Shown here piece after piece: positions 28,707-38,220 of a stretch of DNA of 64,000 nucleotides. Under the pieces are notes generated by a model. The model searched no databases. It had not been told where the DNA came from and saw only the letters and a list, made by a program, of their open reading frames with translations. Each line of letters starts with the position of its first letter. Positions within the stretch are counted from its first letter, which is position 1. A program made the position numbers and the translations under genes. The DNA is from an uncultured Actinomycetota bacterium (GTDB taxonomy: Bacteria > Actinomycetota > Acidimicrobiia > Spongiisociales > UBA5794): positions 7,187-71,186 of the forward strand of contig CAWIHT010000014.1 of assembly GCA_963836085.1 (NCBI GenBank), written 5' to 3'.

Positions 28707-30431
28707 CTACCAGTCGGGATCCTCATCCGTCGTGAAGTCATCGCATGCCACGCATCGCTTGTCAGCTCCGTCGATGCCGACGACGAGGATGTCCGCCGGT
28801 TCGATCAGGCCGGGTCCCGGGGGCCGGTCGTACCACGTCGAGTAGACGATCTCGGTGCCGTCCGGGGAGAATGCGGGTTCTACACCACAGGCTACGAACC
28901 GAGGATCGGTCCCGTCGGCATCGACGACAAAGACGGCGTTGCAGAACTGCCCCACGTCGTAGCCGTGCGTATCGAACGCGATATGGGTTCCATCGGGCGA
29001 CCAATTCGGATTCCGGTCCTGCACATCCCTGCGTATGAGCGGCCGCTGGTTCGAGCCATCGGCATCCATAACGTAGATCTCCGCGTCATAGGCTTCGTAG
29101 TCCCGGAACGTCGCGAACGCGATTGATGATCCATCGGGTGACCATGTGGGGCCTCCGGTGCCCCTCCCAGCGAACGTGAGTTGTGTCGGATTGCTGCCGT
29201 CGACACCGATGACCCAAATGTCGGTCTGCGAGTACGAACCGCGGGCGAATGCGATCTTCGTCCCGTCCGGAGAGACCGCCGGATCTCGTTCCGTGGCGTC
29301 GTCGTCGGTTATCGGAAAGATGTTCAACCCGTCGGCGTCCATGACATACAAATCGGTTTGTCCACCCACGTATTCCGCGAAGACCATCCGGCTCTGGTCG
29401 GGGAACCACGACATGGAGTGCAGGGCGCCGGCCAGCCCAGGGACACATTCCTCATCAGTACCGTCCGATTCGACGGTGCAGATCTGAGTGCTCGAGTGCC
29501 CTCCACCGAGGGGCGTGACCTTCATGAACCCGACCAGTGCCTCGTCGACGATGTGCATGTCGAACGCACGGGTGGCCTCATTCCCGAGTCGGTCGGTGAC
29601 CGCCACCGTGATCGTGGCGGTGCCGAGCGCCGACGGAAGCCCTTCGATCTCGCCGGACGACTTGAGTGTGAGACCGGCAGGCAGGTGACCCGCCACCGCC
29701 CGGAACACGTACGGAGGGGCGCCACCGGTCGCTCGCACTTGGCCGGTGTAGGCATGTCCGATCGTGCCCCACGACAGCGGCTCATCAGCGACCGCCAAGG
29801 GCGATCCCAGAGCGCGATGCAGGAAGGCCGCCATCTGGCCGCGCGTGACATAGCTATCTGGGCAGAACCTGGTATTCCCTTCTGCTGGATTGCACCCCTT
29901 CGTCACGCCGGCCGCGCCCAGGCGGTCGATGTCATACTCAAATACCGAGCCGTCATCATCGACGAACAGATCACCACCTCCGTCCTCGGTGTATCCCAAG
30001 GCACGAACGAGGAAGGCCGCCATCTGACCCCGGGTCACCCGAGCGCCGGGACAGAAGCGGTCGTTTTCCGGCGGATTGCAGCCCCGGGTGACCCCGGCCG
30101 CTGCGAGCCGTTCGATATCGGTTTCGAACACCGAGTCGTCATCGTCAACGAACGGGTCCTCCAGCGTATCCGTCAGGCCCAGCCCACGAACCAAGAACGC
30201 AGCCATTTGACCACGGGTCACGTAGGCATCGGGGCAGAAGCGGGTGTTGTCGGGCGGATTGCATCCGCGCGTGATCCCCTCGCTGGCGAGCCACTCGATA
30301 TCGGCGGCGAACACTGAACTCCCAGTGTCGGTGAACTCGCCTTCTGCGTGCGCCCCCGCCGACACCGAAAGGACCAACGAGAGGCTGCACAATGCTACGG
30401 CCAGTCGGGCACTTCGCTCAAGCGACATCAT
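28707..30431 (-). CDS. secreted protein: signal peptide, three Cys-containing SLH-like repeats, He_PIG-type Ig domain, PD40/TolB-like beta-propeller
   Basis: GAGGAGG RBS upstream of ATG 30431; signal 'LAVALCSLSLVLSVSAGAHA'. Three SLH-like repeats, then 'GGAPPYVFRAVAGHLPAGLTLKSSGEIEGLP'. PD40 strings include 'DLYVMDADGLNIFPIT', 'VSPDGTKIAFA', 'DIWVIGVDGSNPTQLT', 'WSPDGSSIAFA' and 'EIYVMDADGSNQRPL'. Confidence 0.9.
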   Translation of the reverse strand: MMSLERSARLAVALCSLSLVLSVSAGAHAEGEFTDTGSSVFAADIEWLASEGITRGCNPPDNTRFCPDAYVTRGQMAAFLVRGLGLTDTLEDPFVDDDDSVFETDIERLAAAGVTRGCNPPENDRFCPGARVTRGQMAAFLVRALGYTEDGGGDLFVDDDGSVFEYDIDRLGAAGVTKGCNPAEGNTRFCPDSYVTRGQMAAFLHRALGSPLAVADEPLSWGTIGHAYTGQVRATGGAPPYVFRAVAGHLPAGLTLKSSGEIEGLPSALGTATITVAVTDRLGNEATRAFDMHIVDEALVGFMKVTPLGGGHSSTQICTVESDGTDEECVPGLAGALHSMSWFPDQSRMVFAEYVGGQTDLYVMDADGLNIFPITDDDATERDPAVSPDGTKIAFARGSYSQTDIWVIGVDGSNPTQLTFAGRGTGGPTWSPDGSSIAFATFRDYEAYDAEIYVMDADGSNQRPLIRRDVQDRNPNWSPDGTHIAFDTHGYDVGQFCNAVFVVDADGTDPRFVACGVEPAFSPDGTEIVYSTWYDRPPGPGLIEPADILVVGIDGADKRCVACDDFTTDEDPDW

Positions 30432-30622
30432 GCCTCCTCAAGCCCGCGCCAGCCGCCCACAGTCTGTGGACGGGGCCACTGGTGGGTGCCCTCCCATCAT
30501 CGCGCCAGTCGGCTCCAACGTCCAGGCGCGCGCATGGCTACCGAGACCACGAGGCGGGCACGCCCAGCGACCGGATCGGGACAGCATCGGCGAGGGCCAT
30601 CCACCGGGTAGATTCCAAGGCA

Positions 30623-30873
30623 TGCCAAGGGCTCGAGTCACCGTCACAAGAGTCTCGGATGAAGGCGCCGAGGTTGTCGTGTGGGGCCGGCTCGACCGGG
30701 CTCCCAACGAGAGTGAGCCGGTCGGATTCGTCTTTCGAGCCAAGGGCGATCGCTCCAATATCGAGCTTGCGGAACGGGCCAGTCGGCTCGGCAGCGGCAC
30801 CGAGGTAGCCATCGACTACGCCCCCGTCGCCAACGGGTGGAATCTTGCCAGTGGCCTCCTTCCTCCCCCGTGA
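30623..30873 (+). CDS. small hypothetical protein (83 aa)
   Basis: Internal ATG of ORF 30244..30873. Third-codon positions are mostly G/C (read by eye) and the sequence is non-repetitive ('MPRARVTVTRVSDEGAEVVVWGRLD...'). No family recognised. Confidence 0.4.
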
Positions 30874-31184
30874 GCCCCCGCACCGAGCTATCACCGTGCC
30901 CAGCCCACGACGGACAACGATTGACGCTCTCTGCCAAGAGATGCCGCGCTGAGTCGGGAACCGCGCACCGTCCGGCGCCCGTTGGGTGGGTCTCAGTGCG
31001 GCCGCCGCCCCCGGGGGTGACTACGTCGTCCACTCGCAGGGAAATCCCCGGTCTACGTCCTCGAGCGCTCGGCCGATGAGACTCGGCCCGCAGCCTGTAC
31101 CCGATTTCCAGGTTGATCGCTGAGCGTGAGACACACGCGTGCCGGGCATCGTCCGCCGGCACGATTCGCCGGATTCGGACGGAG

Positions 31185-32150
31185 TCAGGACGGGTCGGCG
31201 ACGATGTGAAGGGATGACGGGGCTTCGGCGCGAGACGCAGGGACGCCCTCCGCCCCCTCGAAGACCACCCACAGCCAGCATTCGCGCTCGGGCGCGTAGA
31301 AGACGAGATCGCCGGTCGACAGGGTGATCCAGCACTCCCCCGCCTCGTCCCCACGAAAGTCGACCGATTCCGCGCCGAAGTCCTCGACCAGCTCACCCCA
31401 GAGCGTTCGCTCGCCAGCGGCGGAATCCGCGCGGTACGGAACCGCTCCTGGGGAGTCCTTATCGTTGCCAGGCGAGCGTCCAACGCGATCGTAGAGGTTG
31501 AGGATCTCGGCAAGCTCCCTGGCTCCCCCACCGCGCTCCTCCGGACTCGGCCCGATCGACTGATCACTCGCCATGGTCGGTGCACGCTCGCGCTGTGGAC
31601 GAGTTTGGGATCTATCGGGCGTCGACGGCTTGGAGAGTGTTGCCGGCAAGGAGTGATCCACCGCTCCGACCAGATGCGGCGCATCTCGCTCGGACGGCGC
31701 GACCTCGTCCGCCGAGGGTCGATGCTCAAGGTGCGGTTCTGGGAGGTGAGCGGCAGTCGATGGGACACGTTCGGCAACGGCATGTATCAGGATCTCGTCC
31801 ACAAGACACTCCACCGGATCGATCAGGCGCCGAACATCGCCATCGTCGGAGCGTCGCGGTGCCGCGATCGCCACGTGGAGGTGACGTGGGCGACCTTCGG
31901 GCCCCGCCAAGGGAGTCGCGTAACGGGATCGAACGAGCCACGCGCTCGGCACCGCCCACAGGACGAACGAGAACACCGAGGCCCAATAGGCCGAAGCGGC
32001 ACCGAATGGTCGCCCGGCGGTCTCCATCGCGACACCGACCATGCCGACGGTTGCAGTGGTGAGCATGCACAACAGGAGGAGCCAGCGGAAAACGGTGCCC
32101 GGACCGGGTGAAGCTGCCACACCAACAACGTACACCGGCGTCGACAGCAT
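31185..32150 (-). CDS. hypothetical membrane protein
   Basis: From the internal Met 'MLSTPVYVVGVAASPG', with 2-3 hydrophobic segments and an acidic globular C-terminal part ('...ECWITLSTGDLVFYAPERECWLWVVFEG'). This could be two genes in the same frame. Confidence 0.4.
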   Translation of the reverse strand: MLSTPVYVVGVAASPGPGTVFRWLLLLCMLTTATVGMVGVAMETAGRPFGAASAYWASVFSFVLWAVPSAWLVRSRYATPLAGPEGRPRHLHVAIAAPRRSDDGDVRRLIDPVECLVDEILIHAVAERVPSTAAHLPEPHLEHRPSADEVAPSERDAPHLVGAVDHSLPATLSKPSTPDRSQTRPQRERAPTMASDQSIGPSPEERGGGARELAEILNLYDRVGRSPGNDKDSPGAVPYRADSAAGERTLWGELVEDFGAESVDFRGDEAGECWITLSTGDLVFYAPERECWLWVVFEGAEGVPASRAEAPSSLHIVADPS

Positions 32151-32318
32151 CGGAAATCCTCGCGGTGTCTCGGATTCCAGTCCATTCGGTCCCTCCATCA
32201 CTGGCGATTCCACTGCGGGGATGGTGTCAATCCCTGGAGCAGAAGTGCTCGCTGAGACCACTCGTGTCCTGCAACGTCTGCTCCTCTATGGCAGACTGTG
32301 GATCGGACCGGGAAAACC

Positions 32319-35300
32319 ATGGACCAGACGTCCGACCATGCCCCGCCCAACGGCGATGTCGAGCCACAACGCCCAGCGGGGTGGAGACGGTGGAAACCGT
32401 CGGAGACGACGGCGTGGGTGCTCGTCGTCGTCATCCCCATCGCACTGTTCATCTTCACGCAACTCGATTTCGTCCAGAACGCGCAGGGATGGTTCTTCAA
32501 GGACCTGACCTCCTGGGACCTCGGCAAGAAGGACATCGTCGCCGACATCGTCGCCCCGATCTGGGTTGTGTCGATCGTGGCGGTAGCCGCTCTTGAGCGC
32601 CGCATGCTGCGGTACTACGCCGATTCGCCCTCACCTCCCGAAGCCACGCCGGTCCCGATCCTCACCCCGCGCCGGGTCAACGCCTCGACGTGGGTCGCCA
32701 CCGCGGGCGCAGGTGCCATCGTCCTCATGTCGTGGACTCGGGAGTGGGTCCGGTTCAACGAGCAACCCGACGCGTTCTGGTACGTCCTGACGATCCTGTT
32801 CGTGTTGGCGATGCTGCTCATCCCCGTGTGGTGGGAGCGGCGCGACCTCTTTCGCGATGTCCACGACGCCATCGCACAATCGAAGGCCGCCCAACGCATC
32901 GATGTCTACCTCTTCGGGTCCGACGACCGCGGCGGACAACGGTGGCTCATTCTCTTCACCTTCGCTGCCCTCACGGCCTTCGTGGTGTTCTCCGTACTCA
33001 ACCAGTTCGACGCACTGCTCAAGGGAATGCACCCCTCTGGGGGAGCTTCAGTGGGGATGAACGGGCTTGCTTCGGTCTTCGAGTTCGATCTCAGTCAGAA
33101 GCCCGATCAGATCATCGAGCGGGTCGGGAGTTGGGCTGCGTACGCGGTCGACGTGGGTCCCGGATTCGCCACCGGCCATGTCGTCGCCACCGGCTACCTG
33201 GTACTCGACAGCCTCGTGATGATCCCCGCCTACACGATTTGGATCGGGATTCTCCTCCTCCATGTGCGTCGCACACGCCCGGAGAGCCTGTCCGACGAGG
33301 CGGCAGGCAGCTACTCGCTCATCAACGGGGTCGGCTTTCTCGCCCTCTTTGTCCTCGCCGCCGCCGACCTCTTCGAGAATCTCATGACGTGGGTCGTCAT
33401 CGACAGCGCGTGGTACACACCCGCGACGCTCGGGAGTTGGACGGTGCGCCTCATGTGGTTTGCTGCGCTGTTCCGCACGATGGCCCTCTTCCTCCTCATC
33501 GCCGTCGCAGTGCTATCCCTGGCCTTCCGGGCGTCGCGATATCGGTGGTTGGGTGACGCCCTCGTATCGGTCCGCGGCCAGATCCTCGTGGTTGTGTTCG
33601 TCGCCGCAGTGCTCGGCATGGCTCAGATGGAGGACGTCGTTCGGCGCTGGACCGTGTCGGTCGCTTTCCTCACCGTTGCCATGGCGACCGCCCTCGCCGT
33701 CCTTGTTCAATGGACATCCGCATCCGCGTTCGCGCACCTGCGCGGCGAGGCGGCCAACGTCGAATCCGGCAATCCCCCGGAACCGAAGCGGGTGCGAATG
33801 CCATGGAAGTCCGCGCCGACATCACTGCGCTCGATGGTCGTCGCCAGCATCTTCGGTATCGCCGCCGTGCAGGTCGTCCTCGTGGGGACCTTCGGTCTCC
33901 CAATCGGGCTCGGACTCGTGGTGCCGTCGACCATGATCTCCATCCTGTGGATCTTCGGGATCCCGCTCCCCGAGGCGCTCTTCCGCCGGGGCGACCGGAG
34001 CATCGATCCAGCCATCGAACGCTGGTTCCCGAAAGCCCTGGGCGCCGCCATCTACGTCACGCTCGGCATCGTGGTCATTCGTGCGGCCGCCACCCAGCTC
34101 GTCTTCGCTCGCCACGTCGACCTCTGGCTCCTCTTCGGGCTCGTGCCCCTGTTCCTCGGCGCCTACCGGATCCACACCAAGACCTGGTCCACGATGGGGG
34201 CGCTCGAACTCATCGTCGTCTCCAGTGTCTCCCTGTTCGGCGTGGCACTGTGGATCACCCGCGGTGATCCCGAGCTCTCCCCCGTGGCACTGATGTTCCT
34301 CGGTCTCCTCATCACCTACGGCGCCATGCCGTTCTACTACTCATACGATCCAGCCTCGTTCCCGAGCCGATTCGTGCGCGACCGGTTGCCCGGACTTCGC
34401 TTCCAGCCGTTGATCGCCGTCGGAGGATCGATCGCCCTCATCACCAGCCTGGCGATCGTGATCCGCCCGCTCTCAGTGCCCGCTCGCATCGGCACCGTTT
34501 CCGTAGTGCTCCTCGGATCAATGCTGCTTGCCTGGCTTGCGGCGATGGCCGTTGCATATGCCGAAGCGACCCGACCTCCGAAGATCGTCGCCGCATTCGG
34601 CCTCAAACGGACGCCGGTCTTCATCTTCATGTTCGTGTGGGTCGCGCTGGCGGGTATCGCGGCAACCGGAGCCAGCAACGAGGTAGCGATCCAGCAACGA
34701 GTCGGGTCGACCGAGCCGGGCAGCGTCGTCGTCGACGACGTCTGGGATCGGTGGGTATCTCGCAATGCCACCGACACCACAGGCGATGAAGCGATCCCGA
34801 TCGTGTTCATCGCCAGCTCCGGAGGTGGCATCCGGGCAGCTGCGTGGTCGTCCTACGTCATGGATTGCCTGTTCACTGGATCCATGGATATCGAGACATG
34901 CCAGCCGAACGGGGTGGGGGCCGAATCGATTGCGGTGATGTCGGGCGTCTCGGGTGGCAGCCTCGGTCTCGCGGCATGGAGCTCCGCCGTGGTCGACCCA
35001 TCGGTGACGGCGCAGACCGACGACTGGGTGAAGGACCGCCTCGGCGATGACTACCTCGCCGGAGCCATGGCGTGGCTTCTCCTCGTCGACACACCCAGGA
35101 GCTTCCTCGGGTTTGGGCCGTCCATCCGCGACCGGGCAGAGATCATGGAGCTCACGTGGGAGGCGTCGTGGGACTCCGCCGGTGGCAGCCTGCTATCGCT
35201 GGGCATGTTCGACCTGTGGGACCGCCACACCGACATGCCCCTGATGGTGTTCAACGGGACGAGCGTCAACGATCCATGCCGATTCAACGCTTCGGTGCTG

Positions 35301-36062
35301 TCGGCTACCGCCCACGATGTCGACGACACATGCACGTCACTTTCCGTGTTCGAGGGCCGAACCACACCGGTGTCGGAAGCCACGACACTCGCGGCGACCA
35401 AGGATCTCGCCGACTACCTGTGCCCGGGACAAGACATCAAGGTCTCAACCGCGGCGCTGATGTCCGCCCGATTCCCCGTGATCACACCGTCGGGTCGGAT
35501 CGGAGGATCGCTCATCGAGTGCACGGATGACCCGATCAACGCCTTCGTCGTCGACGGTGGATACAACGAGGGCAGCGGCGCCGGAACGCTCACCGAGCTG
35601 TGGCAGCGGCTCGAACCCAACGTCGAAGCCTTCAACCAGGATCATGACGCGTGCATCGTGCCGTTCCTGATCCAGATCGACAACGGATACGAGAACCCGG
35701 GCGCCGCTCCCGCCGGATCCTCGCCGATCGAGGTGCTGGTTCCGATCCGGACCCTGGTCGCCAGCCAGTTCGGGCGCATCGCCAACGCTCGCGAACAGGC
35801 CGCGATCGAGTTCGACCGCCCGCTCGATGTCGGGGGGAAGCCCATTGTGGTCACTGATCCCTCTGGGAGACAGATCACCAGCCGCTACGCACGGATCACC
35901 ACCCGAGCCCATCCCGGGGTGCAAGCCCCGCTCGGATGGACCCTGTCCAATGCGTCGTTCGACGATCTGCGGTCGCAGTTGACGATCGAGGAGAACCGGG
36001 CCGAACTCGCCGAGATCCAACGGTGGCTCAACCAGCCGCTCACGTGCCGAGACCAGGGGTAG
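32319..36062 (+). CDS. large polytopic membrane protein with C-terminal patatin-like phospholipase domain
   Basis: About 800 aa of repeated hydrophobic segments precede the patatin hallmarks: 'FIASSGGGIRAAAW' (GGGxR, ~34.8 kb), 'GVSGGS' (GxSxG, ~34.95 kb) and 'VVDGGYNEGSG' (DGG, ~35.55 kb). Alternative GTG start at 32298. Confidence 0.85.
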   Translation: MDQTSDHAPPNGDVEPQRPAGWRRWKPSETTAWVLVVVIPIALFIFTQLDFVQNAQGWFFKDLTSWDLGKKDIVADIVAPIWVVSIVAVAALERRMLRYYADSPSPPEATPVPILTPRRVNASTWVATAGAGAIVLMSWTREWVRFNEQPDAFWYVLTILFVLAMLLIPVWWERRDLFRDVHDAIAQSKAAQRIDVYLFGSDDRGGQRWLILFTFAALTAFVVFSVLNQFDALLKGMHPSGGASVGMNGLASVFEFDLSQKPDQIIERVGSWAAYAVDVGPGFATGHVVATGYLVLDSLVMIPAYTIWIGILLLHVRRTRPESLSDEAAGSYSLINGVGFLALFVLAAADLFENLMTWVVIDSAWYTPATLGSWTVRLMWFAALFRTMALFLLIAVAVLSLAFRASRYRWLGDALVSVRGQILVVVFVAAVLGMAQMEDVVRRWTVSVAFLTVAMATALAVLVQWTSASAFAHLRGEAANVESGNPPEPKRVRMPWKSAPTSLRSMVVASIFGIAAVQVVLVGTFGLPIGLGLVVPSTMISILWIFGIPLPEALFRRGDRSIDPAIERWFPKALGAAIYVTLGIVVIRAAATQLVFARHVDLWLLFGLVPLFLGAYRIHTKTWSTMGALELIVVSSVSLFGVALWITRGDPELSPVALMFLGLLITYGAMPFYYSYDPASFPSRFVRDRLPGLRFQPLIAVGGSIALITSLAIVIRPLSVPARIGTVSVVLLGSMLLAWLAAMAVAYAEATRPPKIVAAFGLKRTPVFIFMFVWVALAGIAATGASNEVAIQQRVGSTEPGSVVVDDVWDRWVSRNATDTTGDEAIPIVFIASSGGGIRAAAWSSYVMDCLFTGSMDIETCQPNGVGAESIAVMSGVSGGSLGLAAWSSAVVDPSVTAQTDDWVKDRLGDDYLAGAMAWLLLVDTPRSFLGFGPSIRDRAEIMELTWEASWDSAGGSLLSLGMFDLWDRHTDMPLMVFNGTSVNDPCRFNASVLSATAHDVDDTCTSLSVFEGRTTPVSEATTLAATKDLADYLCPGQDIKVSTAALMSARFPVITPSGRIGGSLIECTDDPINAFVVDGGYNEGSGAGTLTELWQRLEPNVEAFNQDHDACIVPFLIQIDNGYENPGAAPAGSSPIEVLVPIRTLVASQFGRIANAREQAAIEFDRPLDVGGKPIVVTDPSGRQITSRYARITTRAHPGVQAPLGWTLSNASFDDLRSQLTIEENRAELAEIQRWLNQPLTCRDQG

Positions 36063-36069
36063 GACCACG

Positions 36070-37950
36070 ATGAACAAGTACCTGGCCTACACACGGAAGA
36101 TCGCCGACTCCACACCCCCCGACCGCAATCGGGTCGTTGACACAGTGCGCGCCGGGGCGATCCTCGTCGTTGTCGTCGGGCATTGGCTCGCGGCATCCAT
36201 CTGGCTTCAGGCCAACGACGAGATCGCCCTCATGAATTCGCTCGAGTGGATCCCCTACGCCGGCTGGGTGACCTGGGTCGTCCAGGTGATGCCGATCTTC
36301 TTCGTCGTCGGCGGATACGCGAACGGACGGGCTCTCGCGTCTCAGGCGGACCGCTTTGAGTACGGCGACTGGGTGACCCGCAGGGTCCGCCGGCTGTTCA
36401 CGCCGGTCGTCCCATTGCTCGTCGCGTGGACCATCCTCATTGTCGTCCTCGGTCCGTTCCTGCCGTCCGATGTCGTACGCGCTGGCGCAATGTCGGCCAC
36501 GGTGCCTGTGTGGTTCATTGCGGTGTACGTGGCCGTGACGGCGATCGCTCCAGTCGCCTACCGCTGGTGGCGATCCGCCGGGTTGTGGTCGATCGTGATC
36601 CTCTCGCTGTGCGCGATCCTTGTCGACTACCTCCGCTTCGGTCACAACGTCCCGGGCCTCAGTTGGGTGAACTTCCTGTTTGTGTGGATGGCGGTTCACC
36701 AGTTCGGGTTCTGGTGGGCGGCGCGCGAGCGTGATCGCAAGCCGATCACCATCGGGATGGGGCTGACCATCGCCGGCGTGTCCCTCGGCGTCCTCGTCAC
36801 CGTCACGTGGATCGGCTGGTACCCCGTCGCGATGGTGGGTGTGCCCGGGGCCGAGGTGACGAACATGACACCACCGACCTTCGCGATCGCTCTCCTCGGC
36901 TTCATGCAGGCTGGCTTCATCTGGGTCGCGTCCGGGCCGATCGGCCGGTTCGCCCGTCGCCCGGGTCCGTGGCACGGCGTCGTCGCCGTTTCGGGTGTGA
37001 TGATGACGATCTACCTTTGGCACCTCACGGCGATGACGTTGGTGGCGTCGGTGTTCCTGTTCGCCTTCGACGGGGTGGTCTTCCGGATCGAACCCGGTAC
37101 CACCGCATGGTGGCTCAGCCGTCCGGTATGGCTCGCTGCCCTCGTCACTGTGACGCTTGCCCTTGTGGCCGTGTTCGCCCGGTTCGAGTGGCGTGTCCGC
37201 GACACGCCGCCACCGGCCAGGACCGGATTCGTGATCGCAGGCGTGCTGCTCGTAGCCGGCGCTGCAGCCGCCGTGGCGTACTTCGGCCTCGCCGCGGCGG
37301 ATGCCACCGTGAACTGGATTATCCCGATCGCTGCGTTCGTGGGGGCGGGCATCATGGGCGCCTACCCGGCGCAACGAATCAAGAAGGCTGACTCCACACT
37401 CCTGGACGCTACCCGGTCGAGACCGCCTAGAACGCTAGAGTTCGTGCACAACAACCGCCGAGGCGATGATCGCTGTGCTATTCGTCGCCATGTGCACGAT
37501 GATCGGCGCGATGATGCTGCCGGAGTAGAGCCGAATCCACACGAACACCATGCCGGCGAGGAACGTCGAGACAACCGCCGCGACCACCGGCTCCCAGGTG
37601 CCCCCGAAGGCGTCCCCAACGGGATTCGTCTCAACGGCGTCGAGGGCGGGAAGCACGTGCCACAGGCCAAACAGCAGCGACGACCACAATGCGGCAACCA
37701 GTGGCGACGTGCGGCGGGCGAGCATCCCGAAGACGATGCCGCGAAAGAGCACCTCCTCGTACACCGCGGTACCGATTGGCACTCGGAACAGGGCGTGGTA
37801 GAGCGACAACCCGATCGAACCCTCAATGATCCGATCGTCGCGGAACGCCTCCCTGACCGCCGGGAGCATCACCGCAGCGAAGAAGAGCCCAACGATCACG
37901 ATACCGATGAGACTCCCGACCGCCGCACCGCGTCGCAGTCGATCCGCTGA
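36070..37950 (+). CDS. acyltransferase-3 (OafA/YrhL-like) family membrane protein; the last ~500 nt of the ORF are doubtful
   Basis: The ATG at 36070 lies 7 nt after the patatin gene stop, preceded by AGGA. 'AGAILVVVVGHWLAASIW...VMPIFFVVGGYANG' and ~10 hydrophobic segments run to about 37400. Beyond that the translation is R/D/E/H-rich and antisense to the CPBP gene. Both other frames hit stops near 37390-37435. Confidence 0.75.
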   Translation: MNKYLAYTRKIADSTPPDRNRVVDTVRAGAILVVVVGHWLAASIWLQANDEIALMNSLEWIPYAGWVTWVVQVMPIFFVVGGYANGRALASQADRFEYGDWVTRRVRRLFTPVVPLLVAWTILIVVLGPFLPSDVVRAGAMSATVPVWFIAVYVAVTAIAPVAYRWWRSAGLWSIVILSLCAILVDYLRFGHNVPGLSWVNFLFVWMAVHQFGFWWAARERDRKPITIGMGLTIAGVSLGVLVTVTWIGWYPVAMVGVPGAEVTNMTPPTFAIALLGFMQAGFIWVASGPIGRFARRPGPWHGVVAVSGVMMTIYLWHLTAMTLVASVFLFAFDGVVFRIEPGTTAWWLSRPVWLAALVTVTLALVAVFARFEWRVRDTPPPARTGFVIAGVLLVAGAAAAVAYFGLAAADATVNWIIPIAAFVGAGIMGAYPAQRIKKADSTLLDATRSRPPRTLEFVHNNRRGDDRCAIRRHVHDDRRDDAAGVEPNPHEHHAGEERRDNRRDHRLPGAPEGVPNGIRLNGVEGGKHVPQAKQQRRPQCGNQWRRAAGEHPEDDAAKEHLLVHRGTDWHSEQGVVERQPDRTLNDPIVAERLPDRREHHRSEEEPNDHDTDETPDRRTASQSIR

Positions 37951-38220
37951 CATCCCCATCGCATCCCACGTCGTGCCGCCGCCCCGGGCCAGAAGGAGCG
38001 CGGCGCCGAGAACGGTGAGGTTGAACGGCACGTACCACGGTGGACTCAGAACCTCGTTGACGATCACGTTGGCGAACAGCAGGAGGGCAACGATGCCTGC
38101 GAGATAGACACCGACGGGTTGAGGCCACTCGGGCAAGGTCCGCCACCGGGATGGTCGCCACAGGTCGGGCCACGACGAGACAGGCCTCGCCCGGTGAATA
38201 GTGGTTCGTGTGGCCGTCAC
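37435..38220 (-). CDS. CPBP family intramembrane glutamic endopeptidase (CAAX protease/Abi-like)
   Basis: 'AVYEEVLFRGIVFGML', 'LFGLWHV' and 'PIIVHMATN' are the three conserved CPBP motifs. Confidence 0.85.
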   Translation of the reverse strand: MTATRTTIHRARPVSSWPDLWRPSRWRTLPEWPQPVGVYLAGIVALLLFANVIVNEVLSPPWYVPFNLTVLGAALLLARGGGTTWDAMGMSADRLRRGAAVGSLIGIVIVGLFFAAVMLPAVREAFRDDRIIEGSIGLSLYHALFRVPIGTAVYEEVLFRGIVFGMLARRTSPLVAALWSSLLFGLWHVLPALDAVETNPVGDAFGGTWEPVVAAVVSTFLAGMVFVWIRLYSGSIIAPIIVHMATNSTAIIASAVVVHEL

